DNA from: Bdellovibrionales bacterium
GTDB lineage: Bacteria; Bdellovibrionota; UBA1018
DNA: 64,000 nt
NCBI GenBank assembly: GCA_016786465.1
Contig: JAEUWC010000021.1
Coordinates: 13,786-77,785, forward strand
Reading direction: 5' to 3'
Positions 33,189 to 43,657 of the stretch are shown here, piece by piece (the stretch's first letter is position 1; each line of letters opens with the position of its first letter). Below the pieces are notes generated by a model, which was not told where the DNA came from, ran no database searches, and saw nothing but the letters and a program-made list of their open reading frames with translations. The position numbers were made by a program, and so were the translations under genes.

Positions 33189-33719
33189 TTAGGGAGTCGT
33201 TGTCCAAGTGTCGGAAGCAACCGTCTTAGACGGTACGTGTTCAATTTCGATGCTCTGGTAAGCAAAGGAAACTTCTTCAGCAAGAACGCTGACACCACCG
33301 CGAACGATAGTCGCCGCTTTTTGAGAAGCGACCCCGGCATTGGTCAACTTGATCGTGTAAGTAATCTGTTCCTGCCCGGTTCGTTGATCAATGGATGTGA
33401 ATTCCAAACTGACCGTCTTTAGGTTTTCTCCGGTCGCCAAAGCCAAGAAGAACTGAGGCGAAGCGGAACCGACGTCACGAATCACGGTCAACGGCTTGTG
33501 CTGGCGGCGGCCGGTTGCCAACCCAGTTTGGCTGTCACGAGGCGAAACAACTTCGTGGGATACTGAGGAAACATTCAAGCGATCTTTGAAAAACTTACTG
33601 GTCGATTCCCCCTTGAACTTTCCCTGGCGAGTTCCTTCAACCGAAAGGTAGATTTCAGCGTTGGCCAATGCAGGTACAAACGCAGTCAGAGCCAAAAGCG
33701 AAAAAACAAACTTCTTCAT
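33189..33719 (-). CDS. Hcp-family (type VI secretion tube protein-like) protein carrying a Sec signal peptide
   Basis: [21 protein letters not shown] signal peptide with AXA cleavage. The mature part aligns by eye with Hcp/EvpC: IYL.V.G...[45 protein letters not shown] (TGxxTGxRxHxPfxfxKxxDxSSPxLxxAxxTGE pattern), [25 protein letters not shown] and SDTW near the C-terminus. Strong GGGGAG SD. Confidence 0.75.
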   Translation of the reverse strand: MKKFVFSLLALTAFVPALANAEIYLSVEGTRQGKFKGESTSKFFKDRLNVSSVSHEVVSPRDSQTGLATGRRQHKPLTVIRDVGSASPQFFLALATGENLKTVSLEFTSIDQRTGQEQITYTIKLTNAGVASQKAATIVRGGVSVLAEEVSFAYQSIEIEHVPSKTVASDTWTTTP

Positions 33720-33730
33720 AGATTTCTCCC

Positions 33731-33773
33731 CGTTAAAAATAAAAAACGCCTCAAGCCGTTAGGCCTGAGGCGT
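33731..33773 (-). terminator. Intrinsic terminator/attenuator between rpsG and the Hcp-like gene
   Basis: The minus-strand transcript ACGCCUCAGGCCUAACGGCUUGAGGCGUUUUUUAUUUUU has an ~11-bp stem and a 4-nt loop, followed by a U-run. Confidence 0.65.
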
Positions 33774-33794
33774 CTGTATCAACTTTGACTGAAA

Positions 33795-34265
33795 TTACCA
33801 GCGATAGTGTGCAAACGCTTTGTTTGCATCGGCCATCTTGTGAACGTCTTCACGCTTTTTCATCGCTGAACCGCGACCGTTCGCAGCTTCGATGAATTCG
33901 GCAGCCAGGCGTTCAGCCATCGAGTGTTCAGGGCGACCCGAAGCAGCTTCGATGATCCAGCGAGAAGCCAACGATTGGCGACGAGCAGGCTTCACTTCGA
34001 CAGGAACTTGGTAAGTCGCACCACCGACGCGGCGGGATTTGACTTCCAAAAGTGGCTTCACGTTTTCCAGACCTTTTTTGAAAGTCTTGATGCCTTCGTC
34101 ATTGGTCTTTTCTTGAACCACGTCCATCGCACGGTAGAAGATTCCTTCAGCAACGGCTTTTTTTCCGCTGCGAAGAAGACTGTTGATGAACTTCGCAACG
34201 ACGACGTCGTGGAACTTCGGATCAGGCAGGATTTCACGTTTACGAACAAAACTCTTACGACCCAT
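33795..34265 (-). CDS. rpsG: 30S ribosomal protein S7
   Basis: S7 consensus. Confidence 0.9.
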   Translation of the reverse strand: MGRKSFVRKREILPDPKFHDVVVAKFINSLLRSGKKAVAEGIFYRAMDVVQEKTNDEGIKTFKKGLENVKPLLEVKSRRVGGATYQVPVEVKPARRQSLASRWIIEAASGRPEHSMAERLAAEFIEAANGRGSAMKKREDVHKMADANKAFAHYRW

Positions 34266-34281
34266 TTGATGATTCCCTTAC

Positions 34282-34689
34282 TTATTTTGCGGCTGGAGCT
34301 GCAGCAGCTGCACCGCCGCCACCTGCGCGTTTTGCGCCGTATTTTGAACGGCTTTGTTTACGATTGGCGACGCCTTGGGTGTCCAAGGTTCCGCGAATGG
34401 TGTGATAACGAACGCCTGGAAGGTCCTTCACCCGGCCACCGCGGATCAGAACGATCGAGTGTTCTTGAAGGTTGTGCCCAATTCCTGGGATGTAAGAAGT
34501 GACTTCGAATCCGTTCGAAAGACGGACGCGGCAAACTTTGCGAAGCGCTGAATTCGGCTTCTTCGGAGTCGTCGTATAAACACGGGTGCAAACTCCGCGG
34601 CGCTGAGGACAGCTTTCCAACGCTGGAGACTTGGTCTTCCAGAGTTTGTTGGAGCGCCCTTGGCGAATAAGCTGGTTAATCGTAGGCAT
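34282..34689 (-). CDS. rpsL: 30S ribosomal protein S12 with Gly/Ala-rich C-terminal tail
   Basis: [12 protein letters not shown] consensus, followed by ...[18 protein letters not shown]. Confidence 0.9.
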   Translation of the reverse strand: MPTINQLIRQGRSNKLWKTKSPALESCPQRRGVCTRVYTTTPKKPNSALRKVCRVRLSNGFEVTSYIPGIGHNLQEHSIVLIRGGRVKDLPGVRYHTIRGTLDTQGVANRKQSRSKYGAKRAGGGGAAAAAPAAK

Positions 34690-34725
34690 GAAACACTAAT
34701 TCCTTTCCTGTTCGGTAGGCCGTGG

Positions 34726-34754
34726 AAAATAGACGAGCGCCATACACCGGTCAA
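34726..34754 (-). promoter_or_regulatory. Sigma-70 promoter for the str operon (TTGACC-N17-TATTTT on the minus strand)
   Basis: Read as the reverse complement: TTGACCggtgtatggcgctcgtcTATTTT, about 35 nt upstream of the rpsL SD. Confidence 0.5.
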
Positions 34755-34777
34755 GGGAATCCTTTCACGCAGATAGA

Positions 34778-34813
34778 CAAAAAAAGCCCCTGGATCCACC
34801 GAACCCAGGGGCT
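34778..34813 (-). terminator. Intrinsic terminator downstream of lon
   Basis: agcccctgg-N11-ccaggggct stem followed by a U7 run on the minus-strand transcript. Confidence 0.7.
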
Positions 34814-34844
34814 TTAGTTGACTATTTACCTTTGAATCGCGCGA

Positions 34845-37370
34845 TTAGTGGCGAACTGCTCCGCTGGTACCGCCTGTTTTGCTCTTTTTCGAGCTTTCGG
34901 CGGCAAATACCAGGGCTTCCGGCCGAATCGCGAAATCGTCTGATCCTTTACGGACCAAGAAGGTATCGGGATTTTCCAGTTCCAATGCCAAGCGCAAGAC
35001 TTGATCGACGTGATCGACCGGAATGATCTTCATCCCAGAAATGATGTCTTTTGGGATTTTCTTCATGTCCGGAACGTTGCCTTTTGGAATCAAGACCGTC
35101 TTGATGTTCCCAATTTTTGCAGCCAGAAGCTTTTCCTTCAGGCCGCCAATCGGAAGCACACGTCCACGCAAAGTGATTTCGCCGGTCATCGCTACATCGC
35201 GCTTCACGGGAATCTTCAAAAGCGCGCTGGTGATCGCCGTGCACATCGTGATGCCTGCCGAAGGTCCGTCCTTAGGAACAGCGCCTTCTGGCACGTGCAA
35301 GTGGATGTCGATATTCTGGTAAAAGTCCTTGTCCAGACCCATCAGTTCAGCTCGCGAACGAACATAGCTCATCGCGGTCTGAGCAGATTCTTGCATGACA
35401 TCGCCCAGTTTTCCGGTGATCTTCACGCCACCTTTGCCCGACACCGTGCTGACTTCGATCTGCAAAAGATCGCCGCCGACTTCGGTGTAAGCCAAACCAT
35501 TGGTCAAGCCGATTTCGTTTTTTTCTTCGGCCTTTCCTTGGGTGTAGCGTGGTGGTCCCAGCATTTCTTCCAGGTCTTCGGTCGTGACTTGAATCGCTTC
35601 AAGCGATGCCGACTTAGTCGCCGTGCGAAGATCGACGATCTTCTTAGCGACTTTACGGCAAACGGTTGCAACCATTCTTTCCAGGTTACGCACACCCGCT
35701 TCGCGAGTGTAGTTACGAATCAGGAAGTTCACTGCTTCTTCGTCCATGACGAAGTCGCCTTCCTTCAATCCGTGCTGTTCCATTTGCTTAGTCAGCAAGT
35801 ACTTGCGAACGATGTTGTACTTTTCGATTTCGGTGTAGCCCGTGATCGTAATCACTTCCATCCGGTCCAACAAAGGACGTGGGATGTTGTGAAGCGAGTT
35901 CGCCGTCAGAACGAACATGACCTTGGATAGGTCATAGTCGACTTCCATGTAGTGGTCGCCGAAGCTATTGTTCTGTTCTGGGTCCAAGACTTCCAAAAGC
36001 GCCGATGATGGGTCGCCGCGGAAATCCATGCTCATCTTGTCGACTTCGTCCAACAAGAAGACAGGGTTCGAAGAACCGGCCTTCTTCAGAGACTGAATGA
36101 TCTTTCCAGGCAATGCACCGACATAGGTACGGCGGTGACCGCGGATTTCGGCTTCGTCGCGAACCCCACCCAGCGAGCAGCGAACAAATTTCTTGTTCAA
36201 CGACTTGGCGATGGATTTCGCAAGCGAGGTCTTACCCACCCCCGGAGGTCCAGCAAAGCAAAGGATCTGACCTTTCGAATTCTGGGTCAAAGTGCGAACG
36301 GCCAGATATTCCAAGATCCGTTCTTTCACTTCTTCCAGTCCGTAGTGATCTTCTTCCAGGGTTTCTTCGGCGACGACCAGGTCGTGACGATCGGTCGTGT
36401 ATTCACCCCATGGAAGCGAAATGATCCAGTCGATGTAGTTGCGGACGACGGTCGCTTCTGCGGACATCGGCGACATCATCTTCAACTTCTTCAATTCCTT
36501 GTTGGCCTTTTCTTTGGCTTCTTTGCTCATCGCTTTTGCGCGAATCTGCTTTTCCAAGGCTTGAAGTTCGGCTTTGAATTCGTCTTTTTCGCCCAATTCC
36601 TTCTGAATCGCCTGCATCTGTTCGTTCAGGTAGTATTCCTTTTGCGAACGTTCCATCTGCTTCTTCACGCGCGTACGAATACGGCGTTCGACTTGAAGGA
36701 TCTCGATTTCTCCCTGCATCAGCTGAAGCAGTTTTTCCAAACGCTTCATCGGATCGGCAGTTTCAAGAATGTCCTGCTTGTCTTCCAGCTTCAGATTCAA
36801 ATGCGCGACGATCAAGTCGGCCAAGCGTGAAGGTTCTTCCAAAGTATTCACGCTCATCAGCATTTCCGGAGGAATGCGCTTGTTGAGCTTGACGTAGTTT
36901 TCGAAGGTCGCCTTCAGCGAACGAACCATGGCTTCAAGTTCGACGGACCCAGAAGAAACTTCTGGAACTTCTTCGACAACAGCTTCGATCATCCGATCGG
37001 TTTCTTGATAGCTAAGAATCTTGGCGCGGCGTTTTCCTTCGATCAGGACCTTCACCGTGTTGTCGGGAAGGCGAAGAATCTGAAGAATCTGCCCCAGTGT
37101 TCCGATTTCGAAAATGTCCTTTTCACCCGGACTGACCGTGGTTGCTTGTCTTTGAGCGACCAAGAAAAGTTCGGTCTTTTTAGCAACGCATTCTTCCAGC
37201 GCATTGATGGACTTTTCTCGACCAACGAAAAGCGGAACCACCATATGCGGAAAGATGATCGCATCTCGAAGAGGAAGTAACGGTACCTTGATGCTTCCTG
37301 CGGGTTGACCTGACGTCTGAGACTGACTGCTTGATTTTTTGGATTCTTTGGACACGGGAGGAGCCTCCAT
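34845..37370 (-). CDS. lon: ATP-dependent Lon protease (start probably the GTG at 37355, which has a GGAGG SD)
   Basis: LON N-domain, AAA+ GPPGVGKTS, and the protease serine motif [11 protein letters not shown]. Confidence 0.9.
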   Translation of the reverse strand: MEAPPVSKESKKSSSQSQTSGQPAGSIKVPLLPLRDAIIFPHMVVPLFVGREKSINALEECVAKKTELFLVAQRQATTVSPGEKDIFEIGTLGQILQILRLPDNTVKVLIEGKRRAKILSYQETDRMIEAVVEEVPEVSSGSVELEAMVRSLKATFENYVKLNKRIPPEMLMSVNTLEEPSRLADLIVAHLNLKLEDKQDILETADPMKRLEKLLQLMQGEIEILQVERRIRTRVKKQMERSQKEYYLNEQMQAIQKELGEKDEFKAELQALEKQIRAKAMSKEAKEKANKELKKLKMMSPMSAEATVVRNYIDWIISLPWGEYTTDRHDLVVAEETLEEDHYGLEEVKERILEYLAVRTLTQNSKGQILCFAGPPGVGKTSLAKSIAKSLNKKFVRCSLGGVRDEAEIRGHRRTYVGALPGKIIQSLKKAGSSNPVFLLDEVDKMSMDFRGDPSSALLEVLDPEQNNSFGDHYMEVDYDLSKVMFVLTANSLHNIPRPLLDRMEVITITGYTEIEKYNIVRKYLLTKQMEQHGLKEGDFVMDEEAVNFLIRNYTREAGVRNLERMVATVCRKVAKKIVDLRTATKSASLEAIQVTTEDLEEMLGPPRYTQGKAEEKNEIGLTNGLAYTEVGGDLLQIEVSTVSGKGGVKITGKLGDVMQESAQTAMSYVRSRAELMGLDKDFYQNIDIHLHVPEGAVPKDGPSAGITMCTAITSALLKIPVKRDVAMTGEITLRGRVLPIGGLKEKLLAAKIGNIKTVLIPKGNVPDMKKIPKDIISGMKIIPVDHVDQVLRLALELENPDTFLVRKGSDDFAIRPEALVFAAESSKKSKTGGTSGAVRH

Positions 37371-37595
37371 TCTCGACTGATCGGGCGAGCCGAAACGCGC
37401 TTGCCCGCATTCTAGAAGCGGTCATCAATGACCGCCTGTAATTCAATTAGAGCACGATGGTGAAAGGAATCAACTGGGTAAAATAGGACCGCCGGCTGGC
37501 GTGTCAAAGGCCGAGCCGGCGGTAGAGATGGGACACCGAAATACTTCAGTACCCTTTCCGGACTGAATAAATTCAGCCCAGGAAATCAGATGGAC

Positions 37596-38888
37596 CTAGG
37601 CGCTTTCCGCGTTTTCCTTGGCCTTTTGGGCGTCAGCCGCGTCGGCATGAACCATGACGGGACGTTCGCCCTTAAGAATCGTGTTCTTGGTCACAATGCA
37701 CTTCTTGACATCAGTTCGAGCAGGAAGGTCGTACATGACTTCCAGCATCGACTGTTCGAGAATGGCGCGAAGACCCCGGGCACCGGTGCCGCGTTTAATC
37801 GCTTCCCGAGCCACTGCGTCCAAAGCATCTTCTTCAAATTCAAGCTGGATGCCGTCGTATTCAAAAAGCTTTTGATACTGCTTGGTCAAAGCGTTCTTTG
37901 GGCGCTTCAAGATGTCGATCAGGGCCTTTTCATCCAGTTCTTCCAAAGTCGCGATGACGGGAAGACGACCAATGAATTCTGGGATCAAACCGAATTTGAC
38001 CAGATCTTCGGGCTCGACCTGAGCGAAAAGTTCGCTGAGCGTTTCAGCTTTTTTCGAACCCACGTCGGCATGAAGACCCAAGCTTCGCTTTCCGCGACGG
38101 GAAGCGACGACTTTATCCAGTCCCACGAATGCTCCGCCGCAAATAAACAGAATGTTCGAAGTATCCACTTGGACGAATTCCTGCTGCGGGTGTTTACGAC
38201 CCCCCTTAGGTGGAACGTTTGCAATCGTGCCTTCGATGATCTTCAGAAGCGCTTGCTGAACGCCTTCGCCGCTGACGTCGCGGGTGATCGAAGGGTTTTC
38301 GCTTTTGCGCGAAATCTTATCGACTTCGTCGACGTAAACGATGCCTTTTTGCGCGCGTTCGACGTTATTATCGCAAGCCTGCAATAGATTCAGGATGATA
38401 TTTTCGACGTCTTCGCCGACGTAACCCGCTTCGGTCAACGTCGTTGCATCCGCCATTGCGAAAGGGACGTTTAGAAGACGGGCCAGGGTCTGCGCCAAAA
38501 GGGTCTTTCCTGTTCCGGTCGGTCCAATCAAAAGAATGTTGGACTTCGAAAGTTCGACTTGTTCCTTGGCCTTCTTATCGGCGGCATGCGTGATGCGCTT
38601 GTAATGGTTGTAGACCGCAACCGACATCACGCGCTTGGCGCGTTCTTGTCCGATGACGTATTCATCCAAGATCGCCTTGATCTCGTTGGGCTTAGGCAGC
38701 TTGTCGTTTGAACGTGCTGGTCCTTCTTTTTGACCTTCTTCAGCGATGATGTCGTTACAAAGTTCGATACATTCATCGCAGATATAAACTGTTGGGCCCG
38801 CAATCAGCTTTTTGACTTCGCGCTGATTCTTTCCGCAGAACGAGCAACACAGATTACCAAAACCATCTCCGTATTTTTTTGTGTCCAT
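37596..38888 (-). CDS. clpX: ATP-dependent Clp protease ATP-binding subunit ClpX
   Basis: Zinc-binding CSFCGK...C.ECI N-terminus, Walker A GPTGTGKT, and IGF-like LGF loop. Confidence 0.9.
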   Translation of the reverse strand: MDTKKYGDGFGNLCCSFCGKNQREVKKLIAGPTVYICDECIELCNDIIAEEGQKEGPARSNDKLPKPNEIKAILDEYVIGQERAKRVMSVAVYNHYKRITHAADKKAKEQVELSKSNILLIGPTGTGKTLLAQTLARLLNVPFAMADATTLTEAGYVGEDVENIILNLLQACDNNVERAQKGIVYVDEVDKISRKSENPSITRDVSGEGVQQALLKIIEGTIANVPPKGGRKHPQQEFVQVDTSNILFICGGAFVGLDKVVASRRGKRSLGLHADVGSKKAETLSELFAQVEPEDLVKFGLIPEFIGRLPVIATLEELDEKALIDILKRPKNALTKQYQKLFEYDGIQLEFEEDALDAVAREAIKRGTGARGLRAILEQSMLEVMYDLPARTDVKKCIVTKNTILKGERPVMVHADAADAQKAKENAESA

Positions 38889-38913
38889 TCTATTTCCTTG
38901 TCCTGCCTTCCGT

Positions 38914-39591
38914 TCAGCCCTTGTGCTTTTCGATCACTTTATCGATCAAGCCATATTCAACTGCTTCGATCGCTGACAGGTAGTTGTCCCGATCCGTATC
39001 TTTCGCGACCTGTTCCATCGAACGGCCTGAATGCTTGGCCATGATCCCGTTCAATTTTTCTTTCAGGTACAAGATTTCCTTGGCCTGGATTTCGATATCC
39101 GAAGCTTGTCCACGCGCACCGCCCAGGGGCTGGTGAATCATGATTCGGCTGTGGGGCAAGCTGTGACGTTTGCCTTTTGCTCCGGCTGTTAGCAAAAGTG
39201 CGCCCATCGAAGCGGCCATGCCGACGCAATAAGTGGCCACATCGGGCTTCACCAATTGCATGACGTCGTAAATTCCTAGTCCTGCCGTGACGGATCCGCC
39301 TGGCGAATTAATATAAAGGTGAATGTCTTTATCGGGGTCGTTGGATTCCAAGAAGAACAACTGAGCCATCAAAAGATTCGCGACAGTGTCGTTCACTTCT
39401 GTTCCCAGAAAAATAATTCGATCCAAAAGAAGGCGCGAATAGATGTCGTACTGACGCTCGCCGCGCGCTGTCTGTTCGATCACGATCGGATTCGGGATGT
39501 ACCCTTCCGCGCGAAAGCCGACGAGCTCGGGTTGAACGAGTTTTTCTGGAATGCTCCCTTGCGGGGTCGAAATCATCGAACGAATCAACAT
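38914..39591 (-). CDS. clpP: ATP-dependent Clp protease proteolytic subunit ClpP (with N-terminal extension)
   Basis: ClpP core with the Ser-His-Asp triad region [16 protein letters not shown]. Confidence 0.9.
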   Translation of the reverse strand: MLIRSMISTPQGSIPEKLVQPELVGFRAEGYIPNPIVIEQTARGERQYDIYSRLLLDRIIFLGTEVNDTVANLLMAQLFFLESNDPDKDIHLYINSPGGSVTAGLGIYDVMQLVKPDVATYCVGMAASMGALLLTAGAKGKRHSLPHSRIMIHQPLGGARGQASDIEIQAKEILYLKEKLNGIMAKHSGRSMEQVAKDTDRDNYLSAIEAVEYGLIDKVIEKHKG

Positions 39592-39708
39592 GGTGTATTC
39601 TCCTCACCCTATGGAGACCTTTCGGTAAAAAGGCTCTTAAAAGAGAGTATAACCACGAGGAATCTAACGTTGCACCGGGCTATCTTTTTTTTGTTCGAAC
39701 TAAAACCG

Positions 39709-40086
39709 TCAAACGATTGGCAGTGCGTGAGGTATTTCGTGGGGACTTCTTGGGCTTTCAGCGACGGCGTCAGGGACGACCGAATTCAAGACAAACTCGG
39801 TGGCGTCCAGACTTTCTGAGTCGACTGATCCGGAAGGAATCAGAGAGTCTTCTTGAAGAGACTCGTGAGTGGATTCTAAATACTGCAACATGACTTGACG
39901 CAAGCGGTCCAAAGTCAAAGATTCTTTCGAGTGTCCCGTTCCTTCGAGTAGCGCTTCGAGTTCAGAAGAAACGAGTTGGGACGGGAGACCTGTCGAGTTC
40001 AGAAGCGTTTCCACGAGAAGATGACCTTCAAGTGTTTCTGTTTCTGAAAGATTCACATTCGCTGGTGACTGACTTCCCTGTTCCAT
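39709..40086 (-). CDS. Hypothetical acidic Ser/Glu/Leu-rich protein (weak call)
   Basis: ORF only. Sits where tig is usually found upstream of clpP. Confidence 0.3.
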   Translation of the reverse strand: MEQGSQSPANVNLSETETLEGHLLVETLLNSTGLPSQLVSSELEALLEGTGHSKESLTLDRLRQVMLQYLESTHESLQEDSLIPSGSVDSESLDATEFVLNSVVPDAVAESPRSPHEIPHALPIV

Positions 40087-40204
40087 GGTCTGCCCTTGAT
40101 TGAGATTTCCTTAGATATTCTTATATCTAAGCGCAAGGAAGGACCCAATCCCCCCTCACGCGATCAAGTATAGAAACGTGATTTTTCTGCGCGCAAGTCT
40201 TTTT

Positions 40205-41176
40205 TTACTTTCCAGACCGGGAAGAGAGGAACGCCGCGGCAATGATCAAAGCACTTCCGACCCATTGAACGGGATCCAAAGTTTCGCGAAGAAGAACGTA
40301 GGCGAACAAAGACCCGAAAATGGGCTGTAAATAGAGGGTCAACGTCATTGCGCTGACGGGAAATTTTTCGAGGTTCACCACCCAGTAGCCGAAAGTCAGA
40401 GCAGTTCCCACGGGTCCGACCCAAAGAAGCGCCAGGATCGTTCTTAAATGCATTGTGCCAATTCGAGGAAAGGAGTGCCCCCACCCATGGCTAAATCCCA
40501 GGATCAGGGTCAAAACGACGGCCCCAACCCAGGTTGTTCCCCAAAAAACAGCAAGGCCTCTCCACCCTTCGTCCACCGCTTTTCGACAAACAATGCTGAA
40601 AACACCGTCGCAAGTGGCACCCAAAAGCATCCAGAAAAACGGGACCCGGTGCATTTCCGTGAAAGTACCCGCTTCAAACGCCTTTGCGAAAAGCAGAAAC
40701 CCAAGCGTCGCTAGCGCAAACGACAACCATCGCATTCGACCGATCTTTTCGCCCAAAAAAACGGCCGCCAGAAAGAAAAGAATCACGGGTTCCAAGACCA
40801 CCACCCAAGTGGCTTCGACCGCTTTTCCTTCGACCAGCGAAAAAGCGTAAAAAACCGGGGATCCGACAAAAGTCAAAAGGCCGCCCGCGATAACCCATTT
40901 CAAAGTGCCCGACTTTGAAAATCGCGGCATCGCCTGCTGAAAAAGGCTTTGCGCACGAATCAGCCGAAAAGCGAAGATTCCCAGAATCATGGACGCTGCC
41001 GTGGACGCTGTTCTAAGCCAAGCGGCTTGAAGCCAGTCGTACTGGTCCAGAATGATCTTGGCCGCTACGGAATTTCCGGCCCAGAACAGGTTGCAAAGAA
41101 GAAGCAGGATCCAGGTGCGGGTCGTGAGATTTGCATCCATCCCGCAGATCTGCCATCGTAGAAAGAACCATGTCAA
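40205..41176 (-). CDS. EamA/DMT-family transporter (10 TM)
   Basis: Two EamA-like halves of hydrophobic helices. Confidence 0.7.
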   Translation of the reverse strand: MTWFFLRWQICGMDANLTTRTWILLLLCNLFWAGNSVAAKIILDQYDWLQAAWLRTASTAASMILGIFAFRLIRAQSLFQQAMPRFSKSGTLKWVIAGGLLTFVGSPVFYAFSLVEGKAVEATWVVVLEPVILFFLAAVFLGEKIGRMRWLSFALATLGFLLFAKAFEAGTFTEMHRVPFFWMLLGATCDGVFSIVCRKAVDEGWRGLAVFWGTTWVGAVVLTLILGFSHGWGHSFPRIGTMHLRTILALLWVGPVGTALTFGYWVVNLEKFPVSAMTLTLYLQPIFGSLFAYVLLRETLDPVQWVGSALIIAAAFLSSRSGK

Positions 41177-41217
41177 AGACTCTTCCTGGAAAATCCCCGC
41201 AAGTATCGGCTACCACG

Positions 41218-41667
41218 ATGACCGAGATCGTTTTGCCATCCGACGCAAACGCCCTGGGCACGATCTTCGGCGGAAAGATCATGGCTTGGATCGATATCGC
41301 CGGCGCAATCGCAGCAGGTCGTCACGCTCGACGGGTGGTCGTGACGGCTTCAATCGATGCCCTTCATTTCGTTGCTCCGGTGAAGGTCGGTCACAACGTT
41401 CACATCAAGGCGATGGTCAACTTTGCCGGAAAAACTTCGATGGAAGTCGGCGTTCGCGTCGATTCTGAAAATCCGATCACGGGCGACCTAAGTCACACGG
41501 CGACTGCTTATCTGACCTTCGTGGGCCTAGACGACCACGGCAGGCCTTCACCGGTTCCTCCGGTGCTTCCGGAAACCCCGGAAGAAAAAAGACGGTTTGA
41601 AGACGCTAAGAAGCGCCGGGAATCCCGGATGCGTTTGGCCGAAGAACTGCGCGCCAGCAAAGTTTAA
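41218..41667 (+). CDS. Acyl-CoA thioesterase (hotdog fold, YciA-like); start uncertain (41170 or 41218)
   Basis: SDANALGTIFGGKIMAWIDIAG...ASIDALHFVAPVKVGHNV is a YciA/BFIT consensus. Confidence 0.65.
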   Translation: MTEIVLPSDANALGTIFGGKIMAWIDIAGAIAAGRHARRVVVTASIDALHFVAPVKVGHNVHIKAMVNFAGKTSMEVGVRVDSENPITGDLSHTATAYLTFVGLDDHGRPSPVPPVLPETPEEKRRFEDAKKRRESRMRLAEELRASKV

Positions 41668-42239
41668 TCGTCCAATTCCCCAACGTCGTCGCCTTCTTCA
41701 GGCGCCCAGTAACGTGCGTATTCTTCGGTGAATGCCAACGGGGTTTTGCCAGGTTCGTTTTTTAGGCGGTCAATGAAGAGCGTCCCCTGAAGGTGATCCA
41801 ATTCATGCTGGATGACCGTGGCCAGGAATCCTTCCGCAACGATTTTTTGGGGCTTGGCTTTTTCATCCAGGAATTCGACCTGAACCTTGCGGGGCCGATA
41901 GACCAGACCGCGAAGTTCGGGGACCGAAAGACAGCCTTCCCAGAAACCTTGTTCCTGGGTGTCCAAAATCGTGATCTTGGGATTGATGAAAACCGTCAAG
42001 CCCTGAGCCCCCATTCCCGGGTATCGATCTGAATCTTCGCCAAATTCGATGATCGCTAGCTGCAGTGATTCGTGGATCTGCGGCGCCGCAAGTCCGATTC
42101 CTTCGTATTCGATCATGGTTTCGTGCATGTCGACGATCAGGCGCTGGATTTCTTCGGATTTGATTTCTTTTTCAGTCAGGGTCTTTCCGATTTTTCTTAA
42201 AACCGGGTGACCCATCCGTGCTACTTTTCGAATGGCCAT
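41664..42239 (-). CDS. def: Peptide deformylase
   Basis: GIGLAAPQI, EGCLSVPE and HELDHL motifs. Start at an internal Met (MAIRKVARMGHPVLRK). Confidence 0.8.
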   Translation of the reverse strand: MAIRKVARMGHPVLRKIGKTLTEKEIKSEEIQRLIVDMHETMIEYEGIGLAAPQIHESLQLAIIEFGEDSDRYPGMGAQGLTVFINPKITILDTQEQGFWEGCLSVPELRGLVYRPRKVQVEFLDEKAKPQKIVAEGFLATVIQHELDHLQGTLFIDRLKNEPGKTPLAFTEEYARYWAPEEGDDVGELDD

Positions 42240-42915
42240 GGCTAGCATCCTATATCCAAAACATCCCGTGCGCCTGATTTTCTTTCGACACGGGCAGACC
42301 GACTGGAACGCATCGGGAAGAATCCAAGGGCACCTGGATGTTCCTTTAAATGATGTGGGACGCGCGCAGGCCGGGCGCCTATTGGAACCCTTGCGACGCT
42401 GGGGGGTCGATTCTTTTTTATCCAGCGATCTTTCACGAGCGTCTGAGACCGCTGAAATCGCCGCGGCTGAAACCGGAATTCCCGTTGCCAAAGACCCAGG
42501 CCTTCGCGAAATTTTCCTGGGAAAACTTCAAGGCCTGACCCGCGACGAAATCGCTGCCGCATACGGGGACGAATTTTCCACACGACTTCGCCACGAACCG
42601 CTGACCGACGAAGACATCGTCGCGTTGGGATCAGAATCGACCGAACAGGTGATGGCGCGGGTCTTTGGGGCGTTGCAAAGGTTTTTGGCCGCAAACCCAG
42701 GCGCTTTGACCGTCGGGGTCTGCACCCACGGTGGCGTCATTCGGCGCGTGATTCAAAGCACGCTACCGAAGAATGTTTTTCCGCCGCCCACCCCCAACAC
42801 CGTTTTGTATCCGTTTGAATGGACGGGCGACCTTCACGACGCGGATTCTAGCTCGGCGGAGCAGGGCCGCCCATCCTTCGTCCGACTTATTCACCAATCG
42901 CCTTGGCAGTTTTAA
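42238..42915 (+). CDS. Histidine phosphatase family protein (phosphoglycerate mutase-like)
   Basis: RHGQTDWN catalytic motif. Its start is divergent from def and overlaps it. Confidence 0.65.
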   Translation: MASILYPKHPVRLIFFRHGQTDWNASGRIQGHLDVPLNDVGRAQAGRLLEPLRRWGVDSFLSSDLSRASETAEIAAAETGIPVAKDPGLREIFLGKLQGLTRDEIAAAYGDEFSTRLRHEPLTDEDIVALGSESTEQVMARVFGALQRFLAANPGALTVGVCTHGGVIRRVIQSTLPKNVFPPPTPNTVLYPFEWTGDLHDADSSSAEQGRPSFVRLIHQSPWQF

Positions 42916-43104
42916 AGCGCGCGAGGCAATTCGAGAGCTTATTGAAGACAGGGGCCGACTCGAACAGAAAGATTCCCAAAAGGGTCCGCGATTCGGCAGA
43001 TCATGTTTCCGCTTTCAATTTCTAGGGGCCCGCAATGAAGGGTGGTTCCCGACTCTATTCTTTATCCAATTGACATCGCTGAAACAGTGAACGATAAAAC
43101 CAGC

Positions 43105-43623
43105 ATGGCCCGGCAACCATACCTTCCAGACTTCGAAAAGTTGCGCATTAAAGATTTCGGCGGTTCCGCAATCAAAGGAAACGCGCGGGAAGCAAGGCCC
43201 CTTTCCACACGAAGACCGCTGCACCTAGTCCTACGATCGTCCCTGGCAAAAGCGGATCGATCTTTTCTTCACCAAAAACACCGCAAAACCATTAACGCGC
43301 TAATTCATGACGCCGGAAAAAAATCGGGGGTGAGGATTTACCGCTTCGCTAACAGCGGAAATCACCTACATTTGGTGATTTTGCCAACTTCCCGAAGCGC
43401 TTACCTTCGATTCATTCGGTCTTTGACCGGACGAATTGCAAGGCGGGTACTGGGCGCTGAACGGGGGCGCGCATTGGGTGTGAAGTTCTGGGATGCCCTT
43501 CCCTTCACCCGAATTCTGGAATGGGGTCGAGACTACCGCGTGGCCTGTTCCTACCTTCGACAGAATGTCTTGGAAGCGTTAGGGTTTATTCCTTACAGGC
43601 CGCGCAAACCGAATCCCGGCTAG
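43105..43623 (+). CDS. IS200/IS605-type Y1 (HUH) transposase, RAYT-like, apparently solitary
   Basis: HUH motif GNHLHLVILP. C-terminal catalytic Tyr helix RVACSYLRQNV (YxxNQ-like). ~170 aa. Confidence 0.6.
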   Translation: MARQPYLPDFEKLRIKDFGGSAIKGNAREARPLSTRRPLHLVLRSSLAKADRSFLHQKHRKTINALIHDAGKKSGVRIYRFANSGNHLHLVILPTSRSAYLRFIRSLTGRIARRVLGAERGRALGVKFWDALPFTRILEWGRDYRVACSYLRQNVLEALGFIPYRPRKPNPG

Positions 43624-43657
43624 GCATGAAGATCGGAAGAGCGAATTGAACGAAACT

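Noticed and set aside
37371-37595. Looked for a CIRCE or sigma-32 heat-shock element upstream of lon and for TGGCAC-N5-TTGCA sigma-54 promoters near the EBP
   Set aside because: Only weak partial matches (TTAGAGCAC without its partner; TGGCAC-N5-TAAAA on the wrong strand). Not reportable.
41131-41217. Longer N-terminal extension of the acyl-CoA thioesterase (starts at 41131 or 41170)
   Set aside because: It would overlap the divergent EamA start region at 41176. The hotdog domain begins at the 41218 Met.
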